DNA from: Octopus vulgaris
Lineage: Eukaryota
NCBI GenBank assembly: GCA_951406725.2
Contig: OX597824.1
Coordinates: 42,284,001 to 42,348,000 of the forward strand
DNA: 64,000 bases
Direction: 5' to 3'
Part shown: in pieces, positions 25,235 through 39,196 of the stretch
How the letters are laid out: the number at the start of each line of letters is the position of its first letter
Numbering within the stretch: the first letter of the stretch is position 1
Notes under the pieces: model-generated
The model's input: only the letters and a program-made list of their open reading frames with translations
Told to the model about the DNA's origin: nothing
Database searches by the model: none
Translations under genes and position numbers: made by a program

Positions 25235-26755
25235 AAATCTCAACCATTTTGTACCTATGGACCCCTTTGATTCCTGTTTTACACGAATGGATCCTCCTGG
25301 CCTTTCGATGGTTAAAAATATCATATATTTTCATAATTAAATATTAAAAATTGTTTTAAAAGAATTGTTGAAATATTTCGTGCATTGTATTGGGTTGTCC
25401 GGAAAGTTCGTGCCGATTTTTAAAGGAAAGAAAAAGGTCAATAAATACTTGCCATTACATTTTTAATCAACCAAATATGAACCATTTTGTTGCACAATGC
25501 ATCTCCATATTTCCTTTAGCTTGGAAATACCCTCTTCCCAGAATTGAGGTAGCTTCATGGCAAAGAATTCATCAAGGTATCTTTTTACGTCATCCAAAGA
25601 ATTGAAATTTTTCCCATTAAGACTATTCTGCAGAGACCTGAATAAGTGGAAATCCGAAAGAGCAATATCTGGTGAAGATGGGGGGGGGTTTAACACATCC
25701 CAGCCGAGCTGCAGCAATTTTTGTCTGGTTCCAAAGAAACGTGCGGTCTTGCATTATCATGTTGGAAAACAACACCCTGCCTCGACGTTTCTCTTGAATT
25801 GTAGCTTTTAACTCGTCCAATTGTGTGCAGTATTTCCCAGAATTAATTGTCTGGTTACTTGGGTGAAGCTCATAGTACAGAATTCCTTTCCAATCCCACC
25901 AGACACAAAACAAGACTTTTTTAGGATGAAGAACCCCTTTTGGGCTGGCTAAGGGTGGCTCATGTCGCTTACTCCAGGATCGCTTTCTCTGAACATTTCG
26001 GTAGATAATCCATTTCTTATCACCTGTCATAATTTGCTTTTAAAAAGGCGCGTTTTTATTCCATTTATAAAGCGAATCACATGGAAATGCGATCCAAAAG
26101 GTTCTTCTCACTCAACTCATGGGGTACCCAAACATCGTAGCGATTTGTGTACCCAAGCTTTACCAGGTGCTCATGAACGACGGATTTTGATAGGTTGAGG
26201 CTTTCTGCCAATTCTCGGGTTGTGCAATGTGTGTTATTCTCAATTAATGACTTCATTTGGTTATCATCTGTAGTGGATGGTCTGCCTGATCGCTCTTCTT
26301 TATCAATAAGGCTACAATCTCCAACTCGGAAACTTGCGAACCACTTCCGTACAGTTCTTTCGGATAAAGAAATATCACCGTAAACTGCGCATATTTCTTT
26401 GGTTGCTTGTGAGGCCTTTTTGCCTTTACGGAAAAAGAAAACATTAAGTACCGGAAATGAACTTTCTTATCTTCCATTTTAAAGGGTTATAGAATTAACA
26501 CAGGTAATAGGAACATAAACCTTCTTCCACGAAAAGACAGCTTAAACTGTGCTCTAAATGGAGATGTAGTCAAATCCTATTTTATGGACTCAACCATGTT
26601 CTAAAATAAGTCGAAAGGTAAGCTACTATAAATCGGCACGAACTTTCCGGACAACCCAAAAGAAGTATAACCAATTTACTGCAGATAATAAACCTTAATA
26701 AAATCTTATATGGATCCGCTAGAGTCATATGGACTCTGATTGAAAGCCACTGCTC
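25235..26755. mobile_element. Old non-autonomous DNA element (hAT-like ends) hosting the mariner insertion
   Basis: Left flank tctcaaccatttt...atggacccc and right flank atggatcc...atggactctgattgaaagccactg resemble two halves of one MITE. Confidence 0.45.
25390..26659 (-). mobile_element. Full-length mariner (DD34D) element with a frameshifted transposase, mellifera-subfamily-like
   Basis: Perfect ~30-bp TIRs ttgggttgtccggaaagttcgtgccgattt; TA on the left, AA on the right; 1270 bp; transposase 26477->25463 with MEDKKVHFR, WVPHEL, TGDKKW, HDNARPH, SPDIALSDFHLF. Confidence 0.95.
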
Positions 26756-27917
26756 TAAATCGTTCGCTTGATGTTACGACTGCTTTATGGCAGAAGCCCA
26801 GGAATAATAACAAGTTAAATACTCAATTTAGTGAGCTTCAAATATCAAATTAAAAATACTTATGCAGCGAGGAAATGACAACGTTAACTTCAACGATTCA
26901 GATTAATTATTCAGAAAAGCCACCCACATTAGAATGAAGTTAGTATTAAGGTATTTTATGCAGAATACTTAGGTATTTCTATATTAAGTAAAAATACCCA
27001 AGTTGTTTGGAAAAGGCACCATAAGCTCAATGACTGCCGTTATAAGCTTACGTTTACGTGTTGAATTACGTCTTGTTCGATTTTATGTCATATTTCATTT
27101 AAAGAAACAATGAAAAAGAAAAGAAAATCCTCTACTTTAAATGATTTATGCGACATTAAGTTGTTCTCAGTGAATATATTTAAAAGATATAAATTTTAAA
27201 ACCACCTAATAACCAATACTTAAGAGGAGAATACATGTGAAAATTTGCACAAACCGTTTATTAAAACATGTATATATGCTAATAAAGTTTTTAAAATATT
27301 TTAAAGTGTTATGTAGTTTTCGACTTAAGTTGCATATCTTAGAATCAATTGCCAACGTAAATTGAGGCATGCCTATATAAACAGGACCCCCATCGTTCAA
27401 GTCTCACCATGCATTTGTAAACCTGGGTAATTTTTTTGTTTTTTTTGTTTTTTGCTTTGAGGAAAACCAGTAGTTAATCGTGCATGTAATACTTCCTTTG
27501 CCATGCTATCGAAGTTTATCTGTGGGGAAAACCGCTGATTCGGCTTGATAAACTTGGCACTAGTGACCTCGCTGAAGGGCTCATAGACCCGGGACAAATA
27601 TCATAAACAACTTACTGGACTTCCCAACCTTTCCGCTAATCCACTACCATGGATTGGTACTTTTTTATCGAGCTCGAAAGTATCAAAGGTGCAAGTTGAC
27701 TTCGGATTGATTTGAACTCAGGACAAAACGAGTCGGAACCTGTTGCGGGGAAATTCTGTCCAACTCTCTAATCACCGTTTAAATTACTTTGTTAGGCACG
27801 GGAGAATACTTAAGATATGTCTGGGCCTTATAACATCTTTTCGGAGAAGAATAGATTTCGTTGACTAGAAGTAGTGTTGAAGGAATCACGAAACTGATGA
27901 GCCATAAATGGTGAAAG

Positions 27918-28206
27918 TAAAGATCTCCTTCGGTCATGAATGACCATGGGACTGCACTTAGGAAGTTCCCCGCCAAAGCACAAGTCCGGGCACGGTTTTT
28001 TGTGCAAGACCAGCAGTTGCCCATGCCACCGATGTTATCCAACGGCAAAGCAAAGGCTGGTACAGCTTGGCACCAGCGACGTCGCAACTCATTTTTACAG
28101 TTGAGTGAACTGGAGCAGCGTGAAATGAAGTGCCTTGCTCAAGAACACAACACACAGCCCGGTCTGGGAATCTTACTCGCTATCTCATGATTGTGAGCCC
28201 AACGCT
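27918..28206 (-). mobile_element. SINE family E
   Basis: Homologous to 14416-14740; possible TSD aagtaaa. Confidence 0.85.
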
Positions 28207-28574
28207 GAAGTAAAATGTTTTGGGTCGTATTATGCATGTATAAGCGTGAGAAATTGAGTATATTGAAAACAAACCCCCCAAAAAACGAAAGGAAATCTCC
28301 GAGAATAATTACTCCGACGTATCATCTAAACACAAAGCAAAGCAATAGTTATGTTAGTGTTAACATATATAATGTAGTGAGCATGACAGATCTAACTAGG
28401 AAATATTATGGAGTGAAGAAAAGACAATATTTAGTTCAATGCTTTCTAGTTGGCTTTGCCACCTACGGGAGACAAATCGTGACAGGTTTTAATATTATCG
28501 CAACTCATCAGAGAACCAACAAAGGAACCTCTATGTGGCAGTTTAATCTGTTCAAACTGCTGTCAAATTATGCT

Positions 28575-28730
28575 CGTGGCTATGTGGTAAGAAGCTTGCT
28601 TCCCAACCATATAGTATCTGGTTCAGTCCCATTTCGTGGCATTTTGCACAAGTTTCTTCTACTACAGCCTCGAGCCGAACAAAAGCATGTGCGTGGATTT
28701 GGTTGACGGAAACCGAAAGAAGACCAACGT
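28575..28730 (+). mobile_element. SINE family A, 5' half
   Basis: gtggctatgtggtaagaagcttgcttcccaacca...ggttcagtccc...gtggatttggttgacggaaac. Confidence 0.8.
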
Positions 28731-28821
<91 letters not shown>

Positions 28822-30239
28822 GATGGTTTGTTGGTAACTTAATGTAGCAGTCCCAGGAAAGGGAAGAATACTACTGCTATTTTTAGCCCTAGGAAACATC
28901 GCTTCCAGTTGGCTACGTGACAAAAAACAGTCCTCCATACTCTACCAATATGCCAAAGACCACCATGGAGGCATTTGGGTCAACTTGACATCTGCATCTT
29001 ATCCAAGCACCTAAAAGATCCAACACTCAGATAAATACGGGAGTACGTCATTATAAATGAAACTTCCCCAATACTAAATAGCAAATATACATAGTAGATA
29101 TCATACCTCCATACCCACAGCTTCCACAGTTTACACAAGTAGAGTAGAATAGTTAGTGGGCTGTTATGCAGATAGATGTATGTATTTGTGTGTAGGTGTG
29201 AGTGTATGTGTATGCACTTGTGTGTAAACATATGGATATGAAAATAAACAGATCAACATACAGACGGATAGGTACATAAGTTATACGAACAGACCAGCAC
29301 ACATACGCAAATGGAGACTGAAACACATGACCATATATACACACACACTTTACTCCACACAAGGATATATAGATACACGGGTACACACATATAGAGATGC
29401 ACATCCATACATACAAAGATGGTACATAGTTGCAACACACACACACACACACATACACACACACACACTCACACTCACACACACATACACACACACACAC
29501 TCACACTCACACACACACACACACAAACATGCGCACACAAGGAGACAGAGGTGCATACATATATAAACACACGCTCACACACACGTACTTAGAAAATACA
29601 CAAACGCAGACATGCAAGCACATGAATATGCAGAATACATACATACTGATGCACACACATACATATATACATATGCATACACACATGTATACATACACAC
29701 ACATGCATACATCCATACATACATACACACATACATACATACGTACATGCATGCATGTATAGGCACACACACTGACACACACACATGCGCACAAACAAAC
29801 AAAAAGGAACGCAGTGTAAATGACGGACAGAGTCAAGACTATTGAAAAGGTTTGCAAGACGTAACGAAAATTTTAGGAAAATAAAAATAAGAAATAAGTG
29901 GAAATTTTACCGGTGAGTGTGTTACATTATAAGGCACAAAAAGAAAATGACTCTACCCAGACCCAACAGAATATGCTTCAACACGTGAACTCACATAAAG
30001 AATCTTTGCAAACCAATTCCAAAAATCCTAGCGGTATTTCGTCCGTCTTTAAGTTCTGAGATCAAATATCGCGCGGTCGGCCTTGCCTTTCGTGCTTCGG
30101 GATCGATAGAATAAGTATCAGTTTAGAAATGGGATCGAACTAATCGACGTGCCCTTCCTCCGAAATTGCTGGCCTTGTGCCGAAATTTGAAATCAATATT
30201 CTAAGGTTTCTCATTATTATTTCTTGATTGCAGTTTTGG

Positions 30240-30470
30240 GCCTTTTCATAGTATGTCACCTCTTGTAATACGGCTGACACAAGATTTTTGTATAAGTCTG
30301 TATCCACCAAGACTACTGTGTTTCCTTTATCAGCCTGTTTAATTGTTATTTCTTTACCATTTTACATTTGTTTATATAGTCCCATGCATTCTTGCTGATG
30401 TTTAGTTTGGGGTTTTTGTAAGTGTATATATCGCTATGGGTACTTCAAAATATATTAATAAATGTATTAA
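30240..30470 (-). pseudogene. Penelope-like RT N-terminal fragment
   Basis: KEITIKQADKGNTVVLVD, the PLE DKG motif. Confidence 0.7.
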
Positions 30471-31336
30471 TAAATCTATACTGAAAAGGACCCACCGTGA
30501 GGGAGAAGAAGAAGAGAAAGAGAGGTAAAGAGAGAAAATGATATTTAAATGTTTTGGAACAGGGACAGTTTAATGCATTTGCTGTATAAAAAAGAAATAC
30601 GAGTTGTCGTTAAGTTGGGGACAAGTAAGGAATCATAAGGCCTCCGTCTTACCTTTTTATCGTTTATGAAGAGGTGAAAGGACAAGATCTATGATATAAT
30701 TTTTTTTAATGGGAAGTTATTCCCCACAGGAGGGGAAACAACCAAAAAAGAAAGAACTCAAATGAGGGCTTAGCTACACTAAAAAAGGGAAAAGGTCTTC
30801 TTCTTCTTCTTCTTCTTCTTCTTCTTCTTCTTCTTCTTCTTCTTCTTCTTCTTCTTCTTCTTCTTCTTCTTCTTCTTCTTCTTTGCTAGGTGTAATGAGG
30901 TACTTTGGGTAAATGAACAATTTTTTAAAAGTTCTTATACAAGTTGTGGTGGAGAAAGAGGAAGAGTAGAACGAAGAAGAGAAGAAGCAAACAAAAGGAA
31001 TGTAATGAAAAAGATACTATCTAACTATGAAACGATCAACAAAGGATTTAAAAGCATTAAGATTAATTCAAAAGCATTTAAATGAATTAAGATTAAGGGT
31101 ACTCGAGATGGGCAGGCGGAAGCGATCCTCAAACCAGATATCTTAGCTTAACATTTACAACATAGATATCTTAGCCCAACATTTACAATACATATACCAT
31201 TTGTAAGGGTTTATACAAAAAAGACACCTTCCATTTTAATGCTTGATTAACTATTTGGGATAAGGAATGCCAAGAATATTTCCTTTTCGTTCTTTACTCG
31301 TTTATTACTGTTCTTATTAAAACTCATGTCCATTGT

Positions 31337-31376
31337 CCGGAAATCTTTCGTCACACATCTCTGACCTCTTCAGCAA
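31337..31376 (-). ncRNA. Degenerate minimal hammerhead motif
   Basis: ttg-CTGAAGA-G-GTCA-gagatgtg-TGAC-GAAA-GATTTC-cgg. Core and stem II are intact; stem I is weak (one G-C plus wobbles). Confidence 0.55.
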
Positions 31377-32408
31377 TACTTTCCGTCCTCGTGTGTGCTC
31401 TTGCTCCGCTTAATCCATTCTGTTCGTATATGGGCATGCGTTTGCACCTGTATTTGTGAGTGTGTGTGTGTGTGTGTACATGTACGTGTGTGTACATGTG
31501 TGTGTGTGTACATGTGTGTGTTTGTGTGATTGTTCTTAGTAGCACTATGACCTTCCACTCGCCCCCGTTCCCTCCCTGTTGCTGCTGTTGCTGCCCTTGA
31601 CTCCGACTTTTGGTACCGTTCCTGTATCCCTCTGTGTTTGTGTGTTCGCCCACGTTGTTGCCATCATGGTAGTTGCTGTTGTTGTTGCCGTAGTTGTACT
31701 CGTTGTTCACTTTCGTTCTGTTGAGCATGGCGATTGTTTGCATAAACCCTTGCTTTAAAATAACCCAAACCCAAAGGAGAGAAAATATCGAGAGCTGCCA
31801 AACATAAAACTATATATATATGCCTTTCGTCCTTTCCAGAGTCAATAAAATAGAGTACCAGCGAAGTACTGAAATCGATGATATCGACTAACGTCAACCC
31901 TTCAAATTTTCTGGCCTTGTGTCTTATTTAGAAATAATTGCTATCGTTGTTGTTGCTGTCAGTGTTCTTGCTAAAGTGGTGAACTGGCAGAATCATTAGA
32001 TCATCGGAATAACTGCATTGCAGTATTTCTTCCGGCTTTGTATATTCTGTGTCCAAATCGCACCGGGATTAAAATTGCATTTCATCATTTCAGGACCCAT
32101 AAAATAAAGTACCAGTTAAGAACTGGGGTCGTTCAATTGATTACCCCAACCTGGACACTTTCTCAAAATTGCTAGCTTTGTACCTCAACTAGAAACAGCT
32201 ATTGTTGTTGCTGTTGTAGCTGTTGTTACTGTTGTTAATGCTTAAAAACATCGTTAATATTTCCAATGGTAATGCTTCCTTCTATTTATCTTGTTTGCTT
32301 TACACTTCAACATTTGCTAATGTTGTTGCCGTTGCTGCTATTGTTGTCCACGTTGCAGTTTTCTGTTTATTCCCACTGTTATAATAGTAAATGTAATTCG
32401 CTATAATA

Positions 32409-32484
<76 letters not shown>

Positions 32485-33122
32485 TAATTAATAATAATAA
32501 TGGTTTTGTTATAAGCTGTAATGTTGTGTTGCGTAATAATGGGTAATGACCGCGTTCAATAACAATATTCTACTTCAAGTCTCCTTGTTGTTTTCAGTTT
32601 GTTCTTGTCCTTACGACGTTGTCGTTTGTATAATCTAATGGTTTAATGCATTAATACGGTTAATCATTTCTGTGGTTAATTGTTGCACTAATTATTCTGG
32701 TTATTGGTTGCAGCACCAGCAACAACAGCAGCAGAAGAAAAAAAACAGCTGCAGTAATAGCAGTCGATATTGTTCGTGTTGTAGTTTGTGTTGTTGTTGT
32801 TGTTGTTGTTGCGTATGTAATACCTGCAGTGAGTGGTGTTTCCACATGTGTTTCCACTTTAATTTCTTATTATAACTAGTGAATCTTGTAATTGATACTT
32901 TAATGATCGTGCATGTGGGTGTGTGAGTCTATATACCACAGAAACTTGGCTGTGTGGTAGATAGTTTGCTTACCGACCACATCGTTTCGGGGTCAGTCCC
33001 ACTGCGTGCTACCTTGGGCAAGTGTGTTCTACGGCTCCAGGTCGACTAAAGCCTTGTGAGTGGACTTAGTAAACAGGATCTAAAAGAAGCTCCCCTCCCA
33101 TCATATATATGTGTGTATATAC

Positions 33123-33155
<33 letters not shown>

Positions 33156-33233
33156 TGTATGTATGTATGTATGTATGTATGTATGTATTTATGTATGTAT
33201 GTATTTATGTATGTATGTATATATATAGTTAAT

Positions 33234-33432
33234 CCAAACATGAACAAAGTGAAAACACAACAACGTGAGGACGTGGAACAAGTATAGTGTTATTGGACGC
33301 TCAGGAAAGGAAAGAAAGAAGGACGATTTAACGTTTTGAGCGGAGCTCTTCGTCAGAAACATAGAAAAAGGAAAGGTCCACGGAAGGGAAGACGGAGAAA
33401 GAAAATTGCCAACGATACACTTGCGGTCACAA
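33234..33432 (-). mobile_element. Solo pseudo-LTR-like unit (family P1) with a hammerhead motif mutated GAAA->AAAA
   Basis: ttt-CTGACGA-A-GAGC-tcc-GCTC-AAAA-CGTT-aaa at 33327-33359; homologous to 8680-8877. Confidence 0.7.
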
Positions 33433-33489
33433 TTCAATAGGGTATTTAAATACCACTTGCTATAAGCAGAGCCATCGCTCCCAAACCAC

Positions 33490-33998
33490 TAATTACTCAC
33501 TATTAAAATACACACGGCCAATGCAATAAATATAACAGAAATGGGCTTAAATTTGCGTTGAATACAGAAGTAAGGAATGTGTATATTTTAGGATCAATTG
33601 ATTTCGCTTTCTGTATGAAAAATCATACTTTAAGTTCATCAGCTGAAAATAACACTTAACATCTATTTCTGAAATATTCATCACCTTACACAGTGTGCGT
33701 TCTATATTTTTGAATGTCCCCGCAACATTCAAAACGAACTTATCGTGACTTAGTATAAATGTAAATTACATAAGTATTATTACCTTTATTAATAATAATA
33801 TTGATAATTATAAGGTGGCTAGCAAGTCAACACCTTCACAGATAAAATGTAACTCACTGTCAAAATATAGAATGCCAACGCAATGGATATAACAGAAACA
33901 GTGTTATCTTGTGTGGAATACAGAAGTAAGATATGTGTATATTTCAGGATCAATTGATTTCGCTTTCTGTATGAAAAAATCATCTGTATGAAAAATCA
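33490..33998. repeat. Diverged direct duplication, period ~357 bp
   Basis: gaatacagaagtaag...aggatcaattgatttcgctttctgtatgaaaaa at ~33560-33625 and ~33917-33982. Confidence 0.8.
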
Positions 33999-33999
33999 T

Positions 34000-36680
34000 C
34001 TCTGCTTGACCTCACAAACAGGCTCATTATGGAGCAAATAGTGCTCCACCCAACAAGGGGAAAAATGTCCTAGATCTCTGCTTCACAAATAACGCAGCGC
34101 TCATCCATAATATTAAGGTGACACCGACGATTTTCTCAGACAATAGCTTAATAAAACAAACAATGTATGGTCTGCAGAAGACTACATACAAACTGGCTGT
34201 TAGAAGCAACCAACTTCTCTTCTGTCTGAACTTTCACAGAGCTGTATCAAGAAAGAGGTCATGGAACGAAACTGGACTACCAGTGTCTCTACGCAAGATA
34301 TGGACATAAAACTACAGCACTTTATGACAGTCATGCTCCAAAGAGAATGCCAAACTAACAGAAATATATAATACACAGGGATATGAGGATTCTAATGAAA
34401 TGACGAACAAAAATCTCAAATCGTCTAAATGGGCCACTAAAGGATAACAAACGATCCCAATCCTATCTCACAAACATTGCTCGAGTTCGAAAATGAACTG
34501 AAACACTCCCATGAAAAGGAGAGGGTAGAAAAAGAGGCCAGGGCTGTCAAAAATATTAAGACAAACCGAAAAGCCTTTGTAGTGGGAATATATAATCAGT
34601 ACCAGGTGCTGATATGGCTGCGTTCATATTATTACAGGAGTTCATATAGAGATGAAGAATAAATTCAAGAACTATATATTTAATACCTAAAATATATTTT
34701 ATTTACTGGTCGATGATGATACATAATCAAAGTGTAGAATCTAGTTGAATGAAGTAATCTATGCAAGAAAGTTCAGTGATAGAAAATGTAGAAATAACAG
34801 CTAAGTGCTGGTTTTCAGTCATGTTGCGTAGAGAAATTGACGGACATAGCAATGACATGAAGGCTCTAAGTCTAATCGACTAAGAAGCGAAGAGCGGGGT
34901 TAGCAAGCTGTTTTATTAATGGAACGCTAGACATTCTAGAAACTTCCAAGAGAAACGCTAAGCTTCCTGAATAATTAAGAATCACAGCTCATGACACAGA
35001 TGCTTCGAGAAACTTAGAAATGGAGGTTACTCTATAATCTTTCTTGCAAGGGAGATCATTCAACTATTTAGCTACCGCTACACATTCTATAGATAAGCAA
35101 AATAGTCTGCTTCAGTACGGTACAAGTTAGGGCCACTGTTCGAAGAAAATGGCTTGCCGACTGCAGACCCCCAGAGGATCAATGAAATACTGAATGTGAA
35201 ATACAAGAATGCTTTCACCACTCCATTAGGGCACTTGCAAGTAGCTATGCCTGATGAGTTCTTTGACACCACAGTTCTACACAGAGAAATGGCAATTATT
35301 GAAAGCATCAAAATAGAGGAAACTGATGTAATATCGGTCATTGATAAAATGTGCTCAAACTCAGCCCTAGGCCCTGATGGATTTCCAGCGATACGCCTAA
35401 AGAAATGCAAAGAGACTCTAGAAAGGTCACTTCAGATTCTCTTCGAGAGCTTCCTCAAAACAGGGAAACTTCCCAAAGTTTTAAAGGAAGGCATACTATA
35501 TGTCCTATCCATAAAGGACGGTAGCAGAGCTGATGCTAAAAGTTATAGATCTGTCCGTCTAACCTCACATGTCAGCAAATACATGGAATGCTTTGTCAGG
35601 AAGAAACTTATTGCGTTCCTTGAAGATAATGAGTTGCTTCCTGAAACCAAGCATGGCTTCCGCTCACGAAGAAGTTGCCTTACACAGCTTTTGTAGCATT
35701 ATGATTGGGTGTTGAAACAATTAATGAATCGCTGAAGCGTGTATGTAATATATCTCGACTTTGCAAAGGCTTTTGAGAAAGTTGATCATGGGATAATATG
35801 TCACAAACTACGGAGACTCAACATAACCGAGAAACTTGGAGATTGGTAGCATAACTTCTTAAAAGACAGAAGCTAAGTTGTGGCAGCGAATAGAGACCTC
35901 TCCAAAAAGACAGTAATAAAGAATGGAGTGCTTCAGGGAATTGCACTGGGGCCGCTGCTGTTCATGGTGGCTCAGACATGCCATCAGTTACACAGACAGC
36001 CACACTTACTAGTTATGCCGATGACACAAAAGCAGTAAAAGCAGTTAAGGAACTTTCTGATGCTAGTCTTCTACAAAAAGACCCAGATGCCGTGTAATTT
36101 AATACAGGCAAATTTCAAGTCCTCTGCTACCAGCTAATTGACACTCAGAACCCACAATAATGATATTTTGGACCAAAAGGAGCGGCAATCACAGAATCAC
36201 ATACGTTACATGATCTTGAGACTGATATGAGCAAGGATGCCTCGTTTTACATGCATATTACCAAGATGGTGGCAATGTGCAGGCGAATGGCCGGTGGATT
36301 CTGAGAACCTTCAGAATAAGGGACCAAGAAACTATGCCGTCTGGGCTACTGCTCTCATTTGTGGCCACCCTAGTGTTAGATTGATAGTGGAACTTGAGAC
36401 ATTTTAGCGAAGCTACACAAGGAAGATTACATCAATGGAAAAGCTGAGATACTGGGAGAGGCTGAAAATGCTATGACTCTTCTCTCTGGAGCAAAGACGG
36501 GAGATGTACGCAGTGATATAAGTATGGCAGATACTGGAGAGTCTGGCACCGAATTTCGAAATTAAGAGCTATACCAGACTGCGAACTGAACGTCACTGCA
36601 CGGTTCCAAAGAGCCCAGCTATTCCATTTAGAGTAGGAGACCATGTACTGTAATAGCCTGGTATTTCAGAGTCCACAGGT
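34000..36680 (+). mobile_element. Decayed CR1/L2-group LINE ORF2 (end of APE + RT)
   Basis: LDLCFTN, ALGPDGFP, YRSVRLTSHVSKYME, KHGFRSRRSCLTQL, YLDFAKAFEKVDH, GVLQGIALGPLLF, YADDTK; stops and frameshifts. Confidence 0.9.
34578..35082 (-). mobile_element. Solo LTR inserted in the LINE
   Basis: TG...CA ends with an 8-bp terminal IR (tgtagtgg/ccgctaca); 4-bp TSD cctt/catt; removing it restores the LINE frame K-A-F-Y-R; AATAAA on the minus strand. Confidence 0.8.
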
Positions 36681-36699
36681 TAACGCCTTACTCCTCCGA

Positions 36700-37320
36700 A
36701 GTGACCTTAATATAGGTAGATATTTCTTATCACATATAGATAAGCATTTTCCAATCAATCATAATTATAGAAAGCTCTTCATAACCTAAAAATTAGTTTT
36801 AGTTCTACTACTAATTTTAAAGATATAATAGCACACAACAAACAAAAATAACAAAATGAAACCAGCTGTTCATGCACGGATAAAAATTTGTGCCCGAAAA
36901 ATGGAGCTTGCATGTCAGAGACCATCATTTATGAAGCCACCGTAGACTCTACAACCACTAAGAACATAGTTTCGTCAAAGAAATATGTGGGTCTCACAGA
37001 GGGGAATTTCAAAGCCAAGTTCAACAATCACACCTTGAGCTTCAGATTCTGGGAAAAAAAGAGAAACAACCAAATTATCCAGTTACATATGGTCCTTAAA
37101 AGAAAAATGTGTCAGCTATAACATTCATTGGAAGATCTTAGCCAAGTGTAGGCCTTACACCAACGGCAGTAGAAAGTGGGTCTTGTGATATGGAAAGATG
37201 GCTCATCTGGAAAAGCTCCTTAAACCCCGCTACATGTCTAAATTCAAGAACTGAACTTTTTGGATCATGTCCAAATATAGCTAAATATTTGTTACGTTTT
37301 TGGTCCTCTCAAGATCACAG
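36700..37320 (+). pseudogene. Penelope-like GIY-YIG fragment of a second lineage (CxC..CPxxGxC linker)
   Basis: SCSCTDKNLCPKNGAC..IIYEATV...KYVGLTEGNFK.KFNNH..SF...LNSRTELFGSC. Confidence 0.85.
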
Positions 37321-37489
37321 ATAGAAGCTTCTTTTTATATTGTGTCCCCGTACAAGCATTGTTAGAGTATGGAGGATTGTTTTTAGTCGTCATATTATCT
37401 CAAATGTTCATTTAGTCTAGCCCGTAGATTTAGGAAAGCTCTGGAGGAGGCTAAACTCAACATTAAGATCATTGAAAAGCCAGTGAGCT

Positions 37490-37695
37490 CCTAGGTGTCG
37501 AACTCTAATTAAAAAATAAAACAATTTGTTAGTCGAAGAGTTCTCATCAGCGGGAGCGCACAAAAATTAACATATAATTATGAGACAAAACAGCACGTCT
37601 CACCTTTATATATTATAACTTTTACGTGCGCTCCCGCTGATGAGAACTTCGCCTAACAAATTGCTTTATTTATTAATTAGAATTCGAAACTTAGG
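37490..37695. repeat. Fold-back carrying two degenerate hammerhead motifs, downstream of the PLE fragment
   Basis: Arms 37490-37568 / 37616-37695; minus arm CTGATGA-GAACTC...GAGTTC-GACA-CCTAGG; plus arm CTGATGA-GAACT...AATTC-GAAA-CTTAGGT. Confidence 0.75.
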
Positions 37696-37951
37696 TGCAG
37701 ATGGTAAATATTATAAATGTTTTTATTTGTCATTCCCTTCGAAATTGCTCTTAACCGTGGTTTGGACTTTGATTGTTCCTGCTGACATGTAAGGTGTCCT
37801 GTTAGGGTCACCTCTATTGTGTTTAAATGCACACTAATTTCATATGAAAAATATGTTGTCTATTGACTATGTTATACATGCCACCCACGGGTAGAAAAAA
37901 TTCTATAATTTTCCTAACCTGTATATTTTCATGTATATACATATATACATA

Positions 37952-38050
<99 letters not shown>

Positions 38051-38765
38051 ATATAAATAAAAATATATATATGTGTGTGTGTGTGTGTGTGTATGTATAT
38101 ATAAATTAAAAAACAGAACAAGAACGTAACGGACGACATTGAAACCATACGGGGACAGATAGACGATTCAAAGACGGACAGGAAAACTAGGACGGAATAT
38201 TTCGTGGCTTTCTACTTATCAGTCAAGCTTGTAATCATCAATACAGTTTCGGCCTATGTGTTATATGCACATGCATATTTAGAGTATTTTGCGTTGTGAA
38301 GCAAGCAAGGCAGAGAAAGCTTCCTTAGGCACGTTAAGTCACACTTCTCAGTTTTTTTCTGCTCCTGTGCGACTGGTCTTTGTGGATGTGCAGCTTTCTC
38401 CACGAGCACATACGCACGCAGAAACGTTGGGTTGTATCTGACGTGGAGTGGAGCGACTGAATGTCTGTTCGTTGAGAAATTATCCCCCTTAGGTTATTAT
38501 TACTTTTTTGTAATTAGATGAAATTACTCCCTTAAACCTTTCATATTGTTTGGAACTGCGATAAGTACATGCTAGGGACTCGGCATCATTTCCATTGTCT
38601 TCGCCGTGGAATTTTACACAAGAATTAGCTTTAGTTTTTATATCGACGCTGTATGTTTTTCTTCCTATAGACATACACGCACACACATATTCATTTTTAT
38701 GATATATATATATATATTGATATATATATATATATATATATATGTGTGTATGTATATATATATAT

Positions 38766-38854
<89 letters not shown>

Positions 38855-39126
38855 TATATATGTATATATATATATACACGTACACATACGTACATATATA
38901 TACATATGTATATATACATATATATGTGTGTATGAGTGCGCACGCGTATGTGTGTATGTATATGTATCTGTGTGCGTGTCTGAGTAAAGGCACGTGCTCT
39001 AGTGTTTAAGCTGTTACACTGACGATCGTTAGATCGTAGGTTCGATTCCCTGACAGGGCAGCGTGCTGTGTTCTTGAGCAAAGCACTTCATTTCAAGCAG
39101 GGGTAAAAATTGGCCTGCTCGCCTAG

Positions 39127-39196
<70 letters not shown>

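Noticed and set aside
28440-28512. CTGATGA-GTTG...CAAC-TA-GAAA on the minus strand as a hammerhead
   Set aside because: Stem II is offset by two nucleotides and there is no stem III or stem I.
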